Assembly: GCA_028698185.1 (NCBI GenBank)
Contig: JAQVDW010000021.1
Span: 1 to 26,219 of the forward strand
Reading direction: 5' to 3'
Origin: Erysipelotrichaceae bacterium
GTDB taxonomy: Bacteria > Bacillota_I > Bacilli_A > Erysipelotrichales > Coprobacillaceae
DNA length: 26,219 bases
Shown: positions 8,706 through 16,425 of the stretch, in pieces
How positions within the stretch are numbered: position 1 is the first letter of the stretch
Layout: each line of letters starts with the position of its first letter
Made by a program: the position numbers and the translations under genes
Notes under the pieces: generated by a model
Database searches by the model: none
What the model saw: only the letters and a program-made list of their open reading frames with translations
Told to the model about the DNA's origin: nothing

Positions 8706-9319
8706 ATCATACCGATTACTGTCTTATACGCAGCAGCAACCACTTCTTCAATTGACTTGCTTGCATCTATTTTAACAAAGCGGTCAGGGAACATTTTAAT
8801 AACCTCTTGGTAACCATCGTATACCTTTTGATGAAATTCATTACCTTCAAGATCCAATCGGTTAACTTCGCGATTGTTTTCTTGGATTCTTTTTAAGCCT
8901 GTGATGAAGTCAACATCAAAAAATAAAGTCTTATCTGGCATAAATCCGTCAATTGCGAACATATTCAAGTCATAAACATCCTGAATACCAATACCACGAG
9001 CATATCCCTGATATGCCAATGAGCTGTCGATAAACCGATCACAAATGACTATTTTCCCATTTTCCAATTCCGGGATTATTTTCTCCACAAGATGTTGTCT
9101 TCTTGCGGCTGCCAGTAGCAGAGCTTCAGTTCTCGAATCCATATTTGTGTTCTCTTTATTCAAAATAACATTTCTTATTTGTTCTGCGATTGCAATTCCA
9201 CCTGGCTCCCGGGTAAGTGTTGCCTGGTGACCATCATCGATCAATTTTTTTACCAGGAGTTGCGATACGGTTGTTTTACCGCTGCCCTCAGGTCCTTCCA
9301 AAGTTATAAAAATACCCAT
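8702..9319 (-). CDS. tmk: thymidylate kinase
   Basis: Motifs [14 protein letters not shown] and [13 protein letters not shown] place the start at ATG 9319 (MGIFITLEG), with GGGGG 8 nt upstream. The ORF-track ATG at 9343 overlaps the -10 box. Confidence 0.93.
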   Translation of the reverse strand: MGIFITLEGPEGSGKTTVSQLLVKKLIDDGHQATLTREPGGIAIAEQIRNVILNKENTNMDSRTEALLLAAARRQHLVEKIIPELENGKIVICDRFIDSSLAYQGYARGIGIQDVYDLNMFAIDGFMPDKTLFFDVDFITGLKRIQENNREVNRLDLEGNEFHQKVYDGYQEVIKMFPDRFVKIDASKSIEEVVAAAYKTVIGMI

Positions 9320-9341
9320 ATAATCAACCCCCATACTTGAC

Positions 9342-9347
9342 ATTATA
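9342..9347 (-). promoter_or_regulatory. -10 box of the tmk operon promoter
   Basis: TATAAT on the minus strand (cggTATAATg), about 22 nt upstream of ATG 9319, with a weak -35 (TTTAAT) at 17-nt spacing. Confidence 0.5.
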
Positions 9348-9546
9348 CCGAAAAATCGACATAAATTAAAGCATATTTTATTTTCTGACTAACCTCTTGA
9401 TCAGCATTATAAAAAACTTTAAGATAATTCGGAATTCAATATTTGTTAAGGTGGTTTTGCTGCATATCATGCAGTGTAAGTCCTGTATCATCAAAGTTTA
9501 TTTTGCATTTCCTCTTGAAATGGTTTTTCGGATTTCATTTTATAAA

Positions 9547-9562
9547 TGTTTCACGTGAAACA
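9547..9562. other. parS (ParB/Spo0J centromere-like site), perfect palindrome
   Basis: TGTTTCACGTGAAACA is an exact match to the parS consensus TGTTNCACGTGAAACA. It is intergenic and abuts the U-tract of the recR terminator. Confidence 0.85.
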
Positions 9563-9585
9563 AAAAAAGAGATTCACATCTCTTT
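9562..9585 (-). terminator. rho-independent terminator of dnaX-recR
   Basis: Minus strand AAAGAGAT-GTGA-ATCTCTTT (stems 9578-9585 / 9566-9573), followed by TTTTTTT. The hairpin overlaps the recR stop codon. Confidence 0.8.
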
Positions 9586-10167
9586 TCTACCTTCAAATGA
9601 TTTCAATAAAGTTAGTTCATCAGCATAATCAAGGTTTGATCCAATAGGTAATCCATGTGCAATCCGAGTGACTTTGATTTGAGGATAACGTTGCAATACT
9701 TTAGCCAAATACAGTGCAGTTGTCTCACCTTGGCTAGTCGGATTGGTGGCTATGATTATTTCTTTGACTGATTCAAGGCGGTCATACAAAGTTTTGATAT
9801 TCAAATCATCCAAAGTCACGCCATCAATGATTGAAATAGTTCCATTTAAAACGTGATATGACCCACGGTATTCCCTGATATTTTCCATTGCAAACAAATC
9901 CTTTGATGTTTCAACGATGCAAATTGTAGAGATGTCACGAGATTGATCTTGACAAATATCGCAGTAGTCCCCATCGCTAAGATTACCACATATCTTGCAG
10001 TGATGAATGTTTTCCTTGAAATTTATAATGGCATTACCGAATTCCTGTAAAATTTCCTCATCCATGTTCATTAAAAAATAGCCGTAACGCTCCGCCGTCT
10101 TGGTTCCTACACCTGGAAGTTTTTTTAAATAGTAGATTAATTCCTGAAATGCAATAGGATATTTCAT
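9574..10167 (-). CDS. recR: recombination protein RecR
   Basis: HhH (LPGVGTKTAER), a C4 zinc finger (CKICGNLSDGDYCDIC) and a Toprim domain (ICIVE). It starts 4 nt after the dnaX stop. Confidence 0.95.
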   Translation of the reverse strand: MKYPIAFQELIYYLKKLPGVGTKTAERYGYFLMNMDEEILQEFGNAIINFKENIHHCKICGNLSDGDYCDICQDQSRDISTICIVETSKDLFAMENIREYRGSYHVLNGTISIIDGVTLDDLNIKTLYDRLESVKEIIIATNPTSQGETTALYLAKVLQRYPQIKVTRIAHGLPIGSNLDYADELTLLKSFEGRKEM

Positions 10168-10171
10168 TCAT

Positions 10172-11932
10172 TTATTCCTCAATTTCTACAATATCTCCAA
10201 ACAATTCAACGGCAAATTTTTGACCGTCGGTCAATTTCATGTTTTTAGTTTCTTCGCAAATGTGGTTCAGTCTGATAGGTTCCGGGTCCGGCAACTCTCC
10301 CCGTCTTTTCAAATCAATGAAGCGATTTCTCATATTGATCCAGCTTAGGGAATCCATTGCGATATAATCGAACTCTTCACCCAAAACCTCTTTCAAGAAA
10401 CGCTTAAGTTCATAATAGTTCTCCTGCGAATTAACCAGGTTGGCCTCTACTTTATGTTCAAACGCGACAACGAATGCCGAACAGCATGCAGCGACCACTT
10501 CACCGTTAATAAGCATGGAAGCATATTTAGCAGTATTGAGATTATATTGATATCGCGAAATCACTGACCATCGTTCCTTGATTTCATCACGTTGGATTTT
10601 CTTGGCCTGTACTAGAATATTCAAGATATCATTTTCACTTGGTGCAGGTTTTGAATAACCAATATCTTCATTGATGTTTGTTTCACGTGAAACATTTATA
10701 ATGGGTTCTTCCGATAATTGATCCGAGTCAATATATGATGTTTCCTCCGTCTGTTCAGGTTTTGCGCTTTCAATAACAATTTCAATATTTGATTCAACAG
10801 GTGTGACTTCGTCATAAGTTTCTAATTCTTCCACAATATCCAATGCAACCTTATTTTCAATCTGGACATTGTTGCAAAGCTTAAGCATAGCTATTTCAAA
10901 ATATATACCCGGATTGAGAGTCTGATTGTATTTTGACGCAGTATCCATAAGGATGTCGATGAAATCGAAACATTCGTCCACAGTAATATAAGGGTTAATT
11001 GCTTCAATGCTGTTTTTATCCAAAACAAATAAAGAGCCCGAATCATTCAAATTTTTGTATATCACTATATCCTTGAATACATCCACAAGATCATACGTCA
11101 ATCTTTTGATGTCGATATTTGACGAAGTAAGCTGTTCTGTCAAATCTAGCACTGATTTGATATCTTTGGCCAAAATCCTTTTGATAAAATTCATCTTTTT
11201 GCTAGTGGATAAAATCCCATAGATGTGGTTGATATTATCAACAGTCAGATTATTTGAGAAAGCTATACATTGTTCAAGTATGCTTAAGGCATCCCTCATT
11301 CCACCCTGGGCAAGATCCGCGATAAGCCGGAGCGCATCTACATCATGATTGAAATTCTCTTCATTCAATATATCTGCCAATCGGCTCACAATGTCATCCG
11401 AACTGATTTTGGTGAAATCAAAACGCTGACATCTGGAAATGATTGTTGGCAAAACCTTATGCGGTTCTGTCGTCGCTAAAATAAAAATTGCATGTTTTGG
11501 AGGTTCTTCAAGAGTCTTCAATAATGCATTGAATGCACCCGTCGACATCATATGGACTTCATCGATGATATAGACTTTATAATTTCCACTGATTGGTGCA
11601 TAGCCTACTGTTTCAATCAAGCTACGGACTTCATCAACTCCATTGTTGCTTGCCGCATCCATTTCGATTACATCTGGGTGATCACCAGCAGCAATGGCCC
11701 GGCAATTTTCACAATCATCACATGGTTTTGGTGTTCCGGTGCAATTCACAGCTTTCGCAAGCAATTTTGCTATAGTAGTTTTTCCGGTACCTCTAGGTCC
11801 ACAAAATAGATATGCATGTGCAATTCTATTTTCGTTGATCGCATTTTTTATAGTTGTGACAATGTGTTCCTGTCCGGTAACCTCATTAAAAGTCTGTGGA
11901 CGATAAGTACGATAAAGTGCTTTGTATGCCAT
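10172..11932 (-). CDS. dnaX: DNA polymerase III tau subunit
   Basis: Motifs GPRGTGKTT, Zn module CDDCENC, IIDEVHM and SRCQRF. I place the start at ATG 11932 (MAYKALYRTYRPQTF), with GGAGGG 8 nt upstream. The ORF-track start at 11947 is a TTG inside the RBS. Confidence 0.95.
   Translation of the reverse strand: MAYKALYRTYRPQTFNEVTGQEHIVTTIKNAINENRIAHAYLFCGPRGTGKTTIAKLLAKAVNCTGTPKPCDDCENCRAIAAGDHPDVIEMDAASNNGVDEVRSLIETVGYAPISGNYKVYIIDEVHMMSTGAFNALLKTLEEPPKHAIFILATTEPHKVLPTIISRCQRFDFTKISSDDIVSRLADILNEENFNHDVDALRLIADLAQGGMRDALSILEQCIAFSNNLTVDNINHIYGILSTSKKMNFIKRILAKDIKSVLDLTEQLTSSNIDIKRLTYDLVDVFKDIVIYKNLNDSGSLFVLDKNSIEAINPYITVDECFDFIDILMDTASKYNQTLNPGIYFEIAMLKLCNNVQIENKVALDIVEELETYDEVTPVESNIEIVIESAKPEQTEETSYIDSDQLSEEPIINVSRETNINEDIGYSKPAPSENDILNILVQAKKIQRDEIKERWSVISRYQYNLNTAKYASMLINGEVVAACCSAFVVAFEHKVEANLVNSQENYYELKRFLKEVLGEEFDYIAMDSLSWINMRNRFIDLKRRGELPDPEPIRLNHICEETKNMKLTDGQKFAVELFGDIVEIEE
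10679..10694. other. parS site inside the dnaX coding sequence
   Basis: A second exact TGTTTCACGTGAAACA. It lies in the acidic, low-complexity linker of tau and encodes ..NVSRET... Confidence 0.85.
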
Positions 11933-11958
11933 ATTATATCCCTCCAATACTAAATATC

Positions 11959-11967
11959 ATTATAACA
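11959..11967 (-). promoter_or_regulatory. extended -10 promoter of dnaX-recR
   Basis: Minus strand TGTTATAAT (TGnTATAAT), about 27 nt upstream of ATG 11932 and immediately after the tadA terminator. Confidence 0.55.
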
Positions 11968-11995
11968 AAAAACAAAAGATATATCATCTCTTGTT
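11967..11995 (-). terminator. rho-independent terminator after tadA
   Basis: 10-bp stem AACAAGAGAT / ATCTTTTGTT (11986-11995 / 11971-11980, one G-U pair), loop GATAT, then TTTT. It overlaps the last tadA codons. Confidence 0.65.
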
Positions 11996-12427
11996 TTTAA
12001 AGTAATCTTTGATTATTTGGGAACATTCCTGCTCCATGATACCCGAGGTAATCTCCGGATGGTGATTAATACTAGATTTATCTTGAATTATGCGATCCAG
12101 AGCAATCCAACGATATTCCCTGGTTCCATAAACAACCCTTTTTATCCTGCTTGAAACAATGGCGCCCGAGCACATTAGACAAGGCTCTAAAGTTGTATAC
12201 AATGTACAATCATCAAGCCTCCAAGATTTCAACTTAGAGCAAGCCTCCATGATTGCCAATGTCTCCGCATGAGCTGTGGCCATTTGCGTGGTTTCCCTTG
12301 TATTGTGGGCAGCTGCAATTATCTGATCATCCTTCACTATAATCGCTCCGACAGGAACTTCATCAATATCCAGACATTTCATTGCTTCATCATATGCGAT
12401 TTTCATATAAAATTCATCTATATTCAT
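11984..12427 (-). CDS. tadA: tRNA-specific adenosine deaminase
   Basis: Deaminase motifs HAE (TAHAETLAI) and PCxxC (LEPCLMCSGAI). The N-terminus MNIDEFYMKIAYDEAMK aligns with Bacillus TadA. I place the start at ATG 12427. The first 26 residues of the ORF-track call (to 12505) are the translated SRP RNA gene. Confidence 0.92.
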   Translation of the reverse strand: MNIDEFYMKIAYDEAMKCLDIDEVPVGAIIVKDDQIIAAAHNTRETTQMATAHAETLAIMEACSKLKSWRLDDCTLYTTLEPCLMCSGAIVSSRIKRVVYGTREYRWIALDRIIQDKSSINHHPEITSGIMEQECSQIIKDYFKNKR

Positions 12428-12447
12428 TTGCACCACTACTCCCATAT

Positions 12448-12531
12448 AAAAAGCCACTACACATAGACGGGCATTCTTAATGCTGCTACCTTCCGGTCCT
12501 GACATGGTTCGAAGCCGCCTATTGTAGTGGC
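12448..12531 (-). ncRNA. ffs: signal recognition particle RNA, small 4.5S type (no Alu domain)
   Basis: Minus strand GCCACUACA...GUCAGGACCGGAAGGUAGCAGC...UGUAGUGGC-UUUUU. It carries the universally conserved domain IV sequence (E. coli GUCAGGUCCGGAAGGAAGCAGC) with a GGAA tetraloop and a compensatory U-A to A-U swap. A 9-bp closing helix (12523-12531 / 12453-12461) is present. The 5' G lies 7 nt after a TATAAT box. Confidence 0.9.
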
Positions 12532-12538
12532 AATTAAT

Positions 12539-12567
12539 ATTATAACTTAAAATAAATTCATTATCAA
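12539..12567 (-). promoter_or_regulatory. promoter of ffs (and probably tadA)
   Basis: Minus strand TTGATA (12567..12562), a 17-nt spacer, then TATAAT (12544..12539). The predicted start coincides with the first base of the SRP RNA closing helix. Confidence 0.75.
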
Positions 12568-12581
12568 GAGCAAAATAACAA

Positions 12582-13103
12582 TTAATCAGGCAATAAATCC
12601 AATATCATGACGTATGCATCAAGCGACTTATCACCAACTTTAGAATAATTCCTGTATGTACCGATAATTTCAAACCCAAAGCTTTGATACAGTTTGATTG
12701 CACGCTCATTGGATGTAATAACCTCAAGGTCCAAAACATCAAGATTATGCTCATAGGCATATTCGATCAGTTCATCAATGAGATGCGTACCTATTCCAAG
12801 ACCCCAGTAATCCTTTTTGACACTAACGCCCAAAGAAGAGCGATGGGAAAAACGTTTGCTAGTTAAACCTTCCAGGGAACCGATACCGATAATCCGATCA
12901 TCCAGCCACGCCAAAATCATACAAGAGTTGTTCATCTTTGAAATGCTGGCAATCATCGAAGCTTCATCAATCTCATTGATCAGGATTGAATCACCTGAAA
13001 ATGACAAATTATCAGTCTCGTTACCAACCAATTTCAAATATTCGATTATTTTTAGGGCGTCAGTGGGATTTGCATGAGCGATTCTTACTTGGTTGTCACT
13101 CAT
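12582..13103 (-). CDS. GNAT family N-acetyltransferase
   Basis: GNAT acetyl-CoA motif region (VSVKKDYWGLGIGTHLIDELIEYA, NERAIKLYQSFGF). Overlaps the serS stop by 1 nt (TAATG). Confidence 0.85.
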   Translation of the reverse strand: MSDNQVRIAHANPTDALKIIEYLKLVGNETDNLSFSGDSILINEIDEASMIASISKMNNSCMILAWLDDRIIGIGSLEGLTSKRFSHRSSLGVSVKKDYWGLGIGTHLIDELIEYAYEHNLDVLDLEVITSNERAIKLYQSFGFEIIGTYRNYSKVGDKSLDAYVMILDLLPD

Positions 13104-14392
13104 TATTTTTTATCAGGGACGATCTTCTCTTTATTCCCCATGTAAGGTCTCAAGGCTTCTGGAATATTGATTGAACCATCGCTGTTTAGGTTGTTTTCCA
13201 AAAAAGCAATCAACATTCTTGGTGGAGCCACACAAGTATTATTCAATGTATGTGCGAAATATTTTCCTTCAGATCCATTAATTCTTATATTCAAACGACG
13301 AGCCTGAGCATCAGTCAGATTCGAACAAGATCCTACCTCGAAATATTTTTGTTGTCTAGGCGACCATGCCTCAACGTCAATTGATTTGTTTTTAAGATCA
13401 GCCAAGTCGCCAGAACAGCATTCCAATGTTCTTACAGGAACATCCAAGCTTCTGAACAAGTCAACGGTATTTTGCCACAATTTTTCAAACCATACCTTGC
13501 TTTCTTCAGGTTTGCAGACAACTATCATTTCCTGCTTCTCAAATTGATGGATTCTATATACCCCTCTTTCCTCGATACCATGTGCTCCTTTTTCTTTTCT
13601 AAAGCATGGAGAGTAAGAAGTATAAGTATATGGCAGTTTTTCTTCTTCAAGTATCGTATCAATGAATTTTCCAATCATCGAATGTTCAGATGTACCAATC
13701 AGATACAAATCCTCACCCTCGATTTTGTACATCATTGAATCCATTTCCTCAAAAGACATCACACCAGTCACTACTGAAGAACGAATCATGTATGGAGGGA
13801 TAACATAAGTGAAACCACGATCAATCATGAAATCGCGTGCATATGATAGGATACCGGAATGCAAACGTGCCACATCTCCCATCAGATAATAGAATCCTTG
13901 CCCGGCAACTTTACCTGCAGCATCCATGTCAATACCATCAACAGCTTCCATTATTTGTGTATGGTAAGGAATCTCAAAATCGGGAACCAGCGGTTCTCCA
14001 TATTTTTTAATTTCAACATTATCATTATCATCTTTTCCCAAAGGCACTGAATCATCTATGAAGTTAGGAATTTTCATCATTATATCATTCAACTGGGTTC
14101 CATAATCTTTTTCCAAAACCTCTAAATCATCAATTTTGTTGCCGATTGCTGTAATCTCCGCTTTGATGGCCTCAGCCTCATCTCTTTTTCCCTGACGCAT
14201 CAAGGCACCTATCTCTTTAGAAGCTTTGTTTCTCTCACTTCTCAAATTAGAAGCCTCAGTCAAAACTTCTCTGTATGAAAAATCCAACTCTAAAGCCTTG
14301 TCAACTAGCTCAAGTTTATGATCTTGAAATTTTTTCTTTATGTTTTCACGTACAAGATCGGGTTGTTCTCTTAATATAGCAATATCAATCAT
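13103..14392 (-). CDS. serS: seryl-tRNA synthetase
   Basis: N-terminal coiled-coil arm plus a class II catalytic core (FRKE, GTSEH, LNNTCVAPPR); 429 aa. Confidence 0.96.
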   Translation of the reverse strand: MIDIAILREQPDLVRENIKKKFQDHKLELVDKALELDFSYREVLTEASNLRSERNKASKEIGALMRQGKRDEAEAIKAEITAIGNKIDDLEVLEKDYGTQLNDIMMKIPNFIDDSVPLGKDDNDNVEIKKYGEPLVPDFEIPYHTQIMEAVDGIDMDAAGKVAGQGFYYLMGDVARLHSGILSYARDFMIDRGFTYVIPPYMIRSSVVTGVMSFEEMDSMMYKIEGEDLYLIGTSEHSMIGKFIDTILEEEKLPYTYTSYSPCFRKEKGAHGIEERGVYRIHQFEKQEMIVVCKPEESKVWFEKLWQNTVDLFRSLDVPVRTLECCSGDLADLKNKSIDVEAWSPRQQKYFEVGSCSNLTDAQARRLNIRINGSEGKYFAHTLNNTCVAPPRMLIAFLENNLNSDGSINIPEALRPYMGNKEKIVPDKK

Positions 14393-14420
14393 CTTTACAC
14401 CTCTTCTAGAATATAAGTGA

Positions 14421-14449
14421 ATTATACCTTATTTATTTGAATATTTAAA
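14421..14449 (-). promoter_or_regulatory. probable serS promoter
   Basis: Minus strand TTTAAA (14449..14444), a 17-nt spacer, then TATAAT (14426..14421), followed by RBS AGAAGAGGTG. The whole upstream gap is only 60 nt. Confidence 0.5.
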
Positions 14450-14452
14450 GAA

Positions 14453-15175
14453 TTATCTAACCTCAATATAACAAGAAAACCTGACGTCATTAAAATCAGA
14501 ACCGGTAATTACAAATACATATTCATTATCTAAAAAACAACGATGAACACATAGAATTTCTTTATAATGGGATTCCTTCAAGTAATTCAAGGTTATATCC
14601 GTTATATGAAGTTCAGCTATGGAATCAATATCAAATGTATCAAGACACCATTCAAGATATCTGACGTTGTTTAGATGTCGGTTGACATCGATATGTGAAT
14701 ATTCGATTTCGATTTCCTTGCAGAATTCGAAATCAAAATCCAATCCTTCATCTTTGAATTCTAGTAGAATATCACCCTTGGTTTCTTCAGGAAATTCCAA
14801 ATCCAATTTCGAGGGAGCGATGACTCTCCGGTTGACTATGTCGATAAGCGACCACAATGCTGTCTGTTCCATGACAATCTCACCATCGACTTTCACAATG
14901 CTGTTACGGTAGAATCGGACACGAGAATAATCGCCCGGATATGTTGTCAGTTCATATGAATCCTTGATTGTGATCGGTCTGATGAATCTCATCCTCTGCT
15001 TCAATATTATCCATCCGTACTGCCCCATCATTTCTTCATACCAAAATCTATTTTCAACGCTATTAAGATGTGCCACGTATGACAACTGTTCCAATAATTT
15101 TGAAATCCTGATTTTTCCGGTAAAATCGACATCTTGATAGTCAAGCGTTGTTGTAATCGTTGTTTCGTATTTCAT
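14453..15175 (-). CDS. acyl-ACP thioesterase family protein
   Basis: Double hot-dog FatA/B-like pattern with the DxNxHxNN motif (HIDVNRHLNNVRYLEW). I place the start at ATG 15175 (MKYETTI), with GGGTGA upstream. The ORF-track start at 15211 is a TTG. Confidence 0.8.
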   Translation of the reverse strand: MKYETTITTTLDYQDVDFTGKIRISKLLEQLSYVAHLNSVENRFWYEEMMGQYGWIILKQRMRFIRPITIKDSYELTTYPGDYSRVRFYRNSIVKVDGEIVMEQTALWSLIDIVNRRVIAPSKLDLEFPEETKGDILLEFKDEGLDFDFEFCKEIEIEYSHIDVNRHLNNVRYLEWCLDTFDIDSIAELHITDITLNYLKESHYKEILCVHRCFLDNEYVFVITGSDFNDVRFSCYIEVR

Positions 15176-15241
15176 TTTATCACCCATTACTATTTTACCG
15201 CGTTTAAACAAAATGTATAGTAAAATAAACTAACTGCCTGA

Positions 15242-16423
15242 TTACTGTGAAATGTTCTCAGTTAAATAATTTTTTTTGGCGTTGTAGTGGTAAGCCAATG
15301 CCAAAGCGCAGCAAATCAACTGGATAATTGCTCCAGTCAAAAAAACATGGCTGTAGGAATAATTCAAAGCTATGATACCTAGCACAAATGAACCCAGACC
15401 GTATCCAAGATCGAGGCCGCTATAATACATGGCGTTTCCAAGACCCATCTTCTCCAATGGCAGACTTTCAACTATATATGTATTGATGATTGGTGCTATG
15501 CTCCCCATCGCAAACCCAGCCGGGAATGCCAAAACTATCAATTGGATATTTGTCTGTACCCTTGAAATGAAAAATATGGAGATTGAAAAAACCAGTGAAT
15601 TCAAGGCAATCATTGTGAATTTGCCATACTTCCGTACCAGACGGTTCATAAAAAAACGGGATGTAATTATTCCCACAGCGTTGACACTGAAAAACATTCC
15701 TATAGAACCGAACCCTAATGAAATAGCATAAAGTGATATAAAAGAAACAACACCGCTTTGAGTCAGGGCATTCAAAAACAAAAGAACAAGAGGGATTGCC
15801 AAACATCTCATATCGATTGGAACTGTGGCTATTTTGTGGCTTTTATAATTGATTTGGGTGACCGGTTCTTTTCCGACGATCATCAGACCAATAAGGACAG
15901 AAGTCATAATCGAAACGGCCACAAAAAGATTTGTAAAGTTATCATATCTAACACCAATGAGATAATAACCCAATGAAGGACCGATGACAGCTGTGATCCC
16001 GTTAGCGATAGATGAGTACCCAACACCTTCCAATATGTACTTTGGATCCAGATTTTTTACTATATATGTGCTTGCGCCGGTTGAACTGATTCCAAAACCG
16101 ACTCCCTGAATACCACGGAAAAACAAGGCGGCATAGATATCCTGACAAGACAGAAACAATATGGTCGAGCACAGCATTAAAAACAGACCGGTGACAACAA
16201 CCTTTTTGCAGTTAAAACGATCTAGCAACATACCCGCGAACAACCTGACACTCAATGCGGCGATTGTGAATATGGTAGTCATCAGTCCCGCATAAGTATC
16301 TACCTGAGTCAGATTTTTAGCGAAAACAGTCAAGGTCGACAATACCATATTGGAAACTAACGATATACCAAACAAGATACTCAATGATAGTATAAATTTT
16401 CCAGTCCATAAATTTCTATTCAT
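15242..16423 (-). CDS. MFS transporter
   Basis: 393 aa with about 12 hydrophobic segments and an MFS loop motif (GMLLDRFNCKK). RBS AAGGAG is 6 nt upstream. Confidence 0.85.
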   Translation of the reverse strand: MNRNLWTGKFILSLSILFGISLVSNMVLSTLTVFAKNLTQVDTYAGLMTTIFTIAALSVRLFAGMLLDRFNCKKVVVTGLFLMLCSTILFLSCQDIYAALFFRGIQGVGFGISSTGASTYIVKNLDPKYILEGVGYSSIANGITAVIGPSLGYYLIGVRYDNFTNLFVAVSIMTSVLIGLMIVGKEPVTQINYKSHKIATVPIDMRCLAIPLVLLFLNALTQSGVVSFISLYAISLGFGSIGMFFSVNAVGIITSRFFMNRLVRKYGKFTMIALNSLVFSISIFFISRVQTNIQLIVLAFPAGFAMGSIAPIINTYIVESLPLEKMGLGNAMYYSGLDLGYGLGSFVLGIIALNYSYSHVFLTGAIIQLICCALALAYHYNAKKNYLTENISQ

Positions 16424-16425
16424 AC

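Noticed and set aside
9081-9089. Isolated DnaA-box-like 9-mers outside oriC (TTCTCCACA in tmk at 9081-9089; ATTTCCACA at 23236-23244; ACATCCACA near 11081 in dnaX)
   Set aside because: They are single copies with 1-2 mismatches, not clustered or phased, and mostly inside coding sequence. This matches chance expectation.
5451-9216. Two further CCCGGG cores (about 5451-5456 in rsmI and about 9208-9213 in tmk) as additional Noc sites
   Set aside because: Only 9/14 positions match the NBS consensus in each case, because the ATTT/AAAT arms are missing.
9371-9420. PreQ1-like string (ACCTCTTGATCAGCATTATAAAAAACTTTAAG on plus; CAAGAGGTTAGTC on minus)
   Set aside because: The P1 partner (AGAGG upstream of CCTCT on the same strand) is missing. 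On the plus strand there is also no downstream gene to regulate.
9443-9628. Plus-strand 61-aa ORF spanning the recR-tmk spacer
   Set aside because: It has a TTG start with no RBS and a Cys/Phe/Trp-rich nonsense-like sequence. It runs through parS and the recR terminator into the recR 3' end. Its INVSRET match to tau is only the translated parS repeat.
10172-11932. Programmed frameshift site in dnaX (tau/gamma, A AAA AAG type)
   Set aside because: I found no A AAA AAG heptamer with a downstream hairpin on the coding strand. The closest match (CAAAAAGATG, near 11190) is not a slippery heptamer.
14393-14452. Expected T-box leader upstream of serS
   Set aside because: The gap is only 60 nt and is fully accounted for by a promoter and RBS. 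No specifier or T-box sequence (..GGGTGGTACCGCG..) is present.
8453-15277. A8/T8 homopolymers inside holB (8453-8460) and the MFS gene (15270-15277) as phase-variation switches
   Set aside because: Runs of 8 A/T encoding Lys-Lys are common in AT-rich genomes. holB is essential, and the MFS tract lies in the last about 12 codons. Nothing suggests contingency-locus behaviour.
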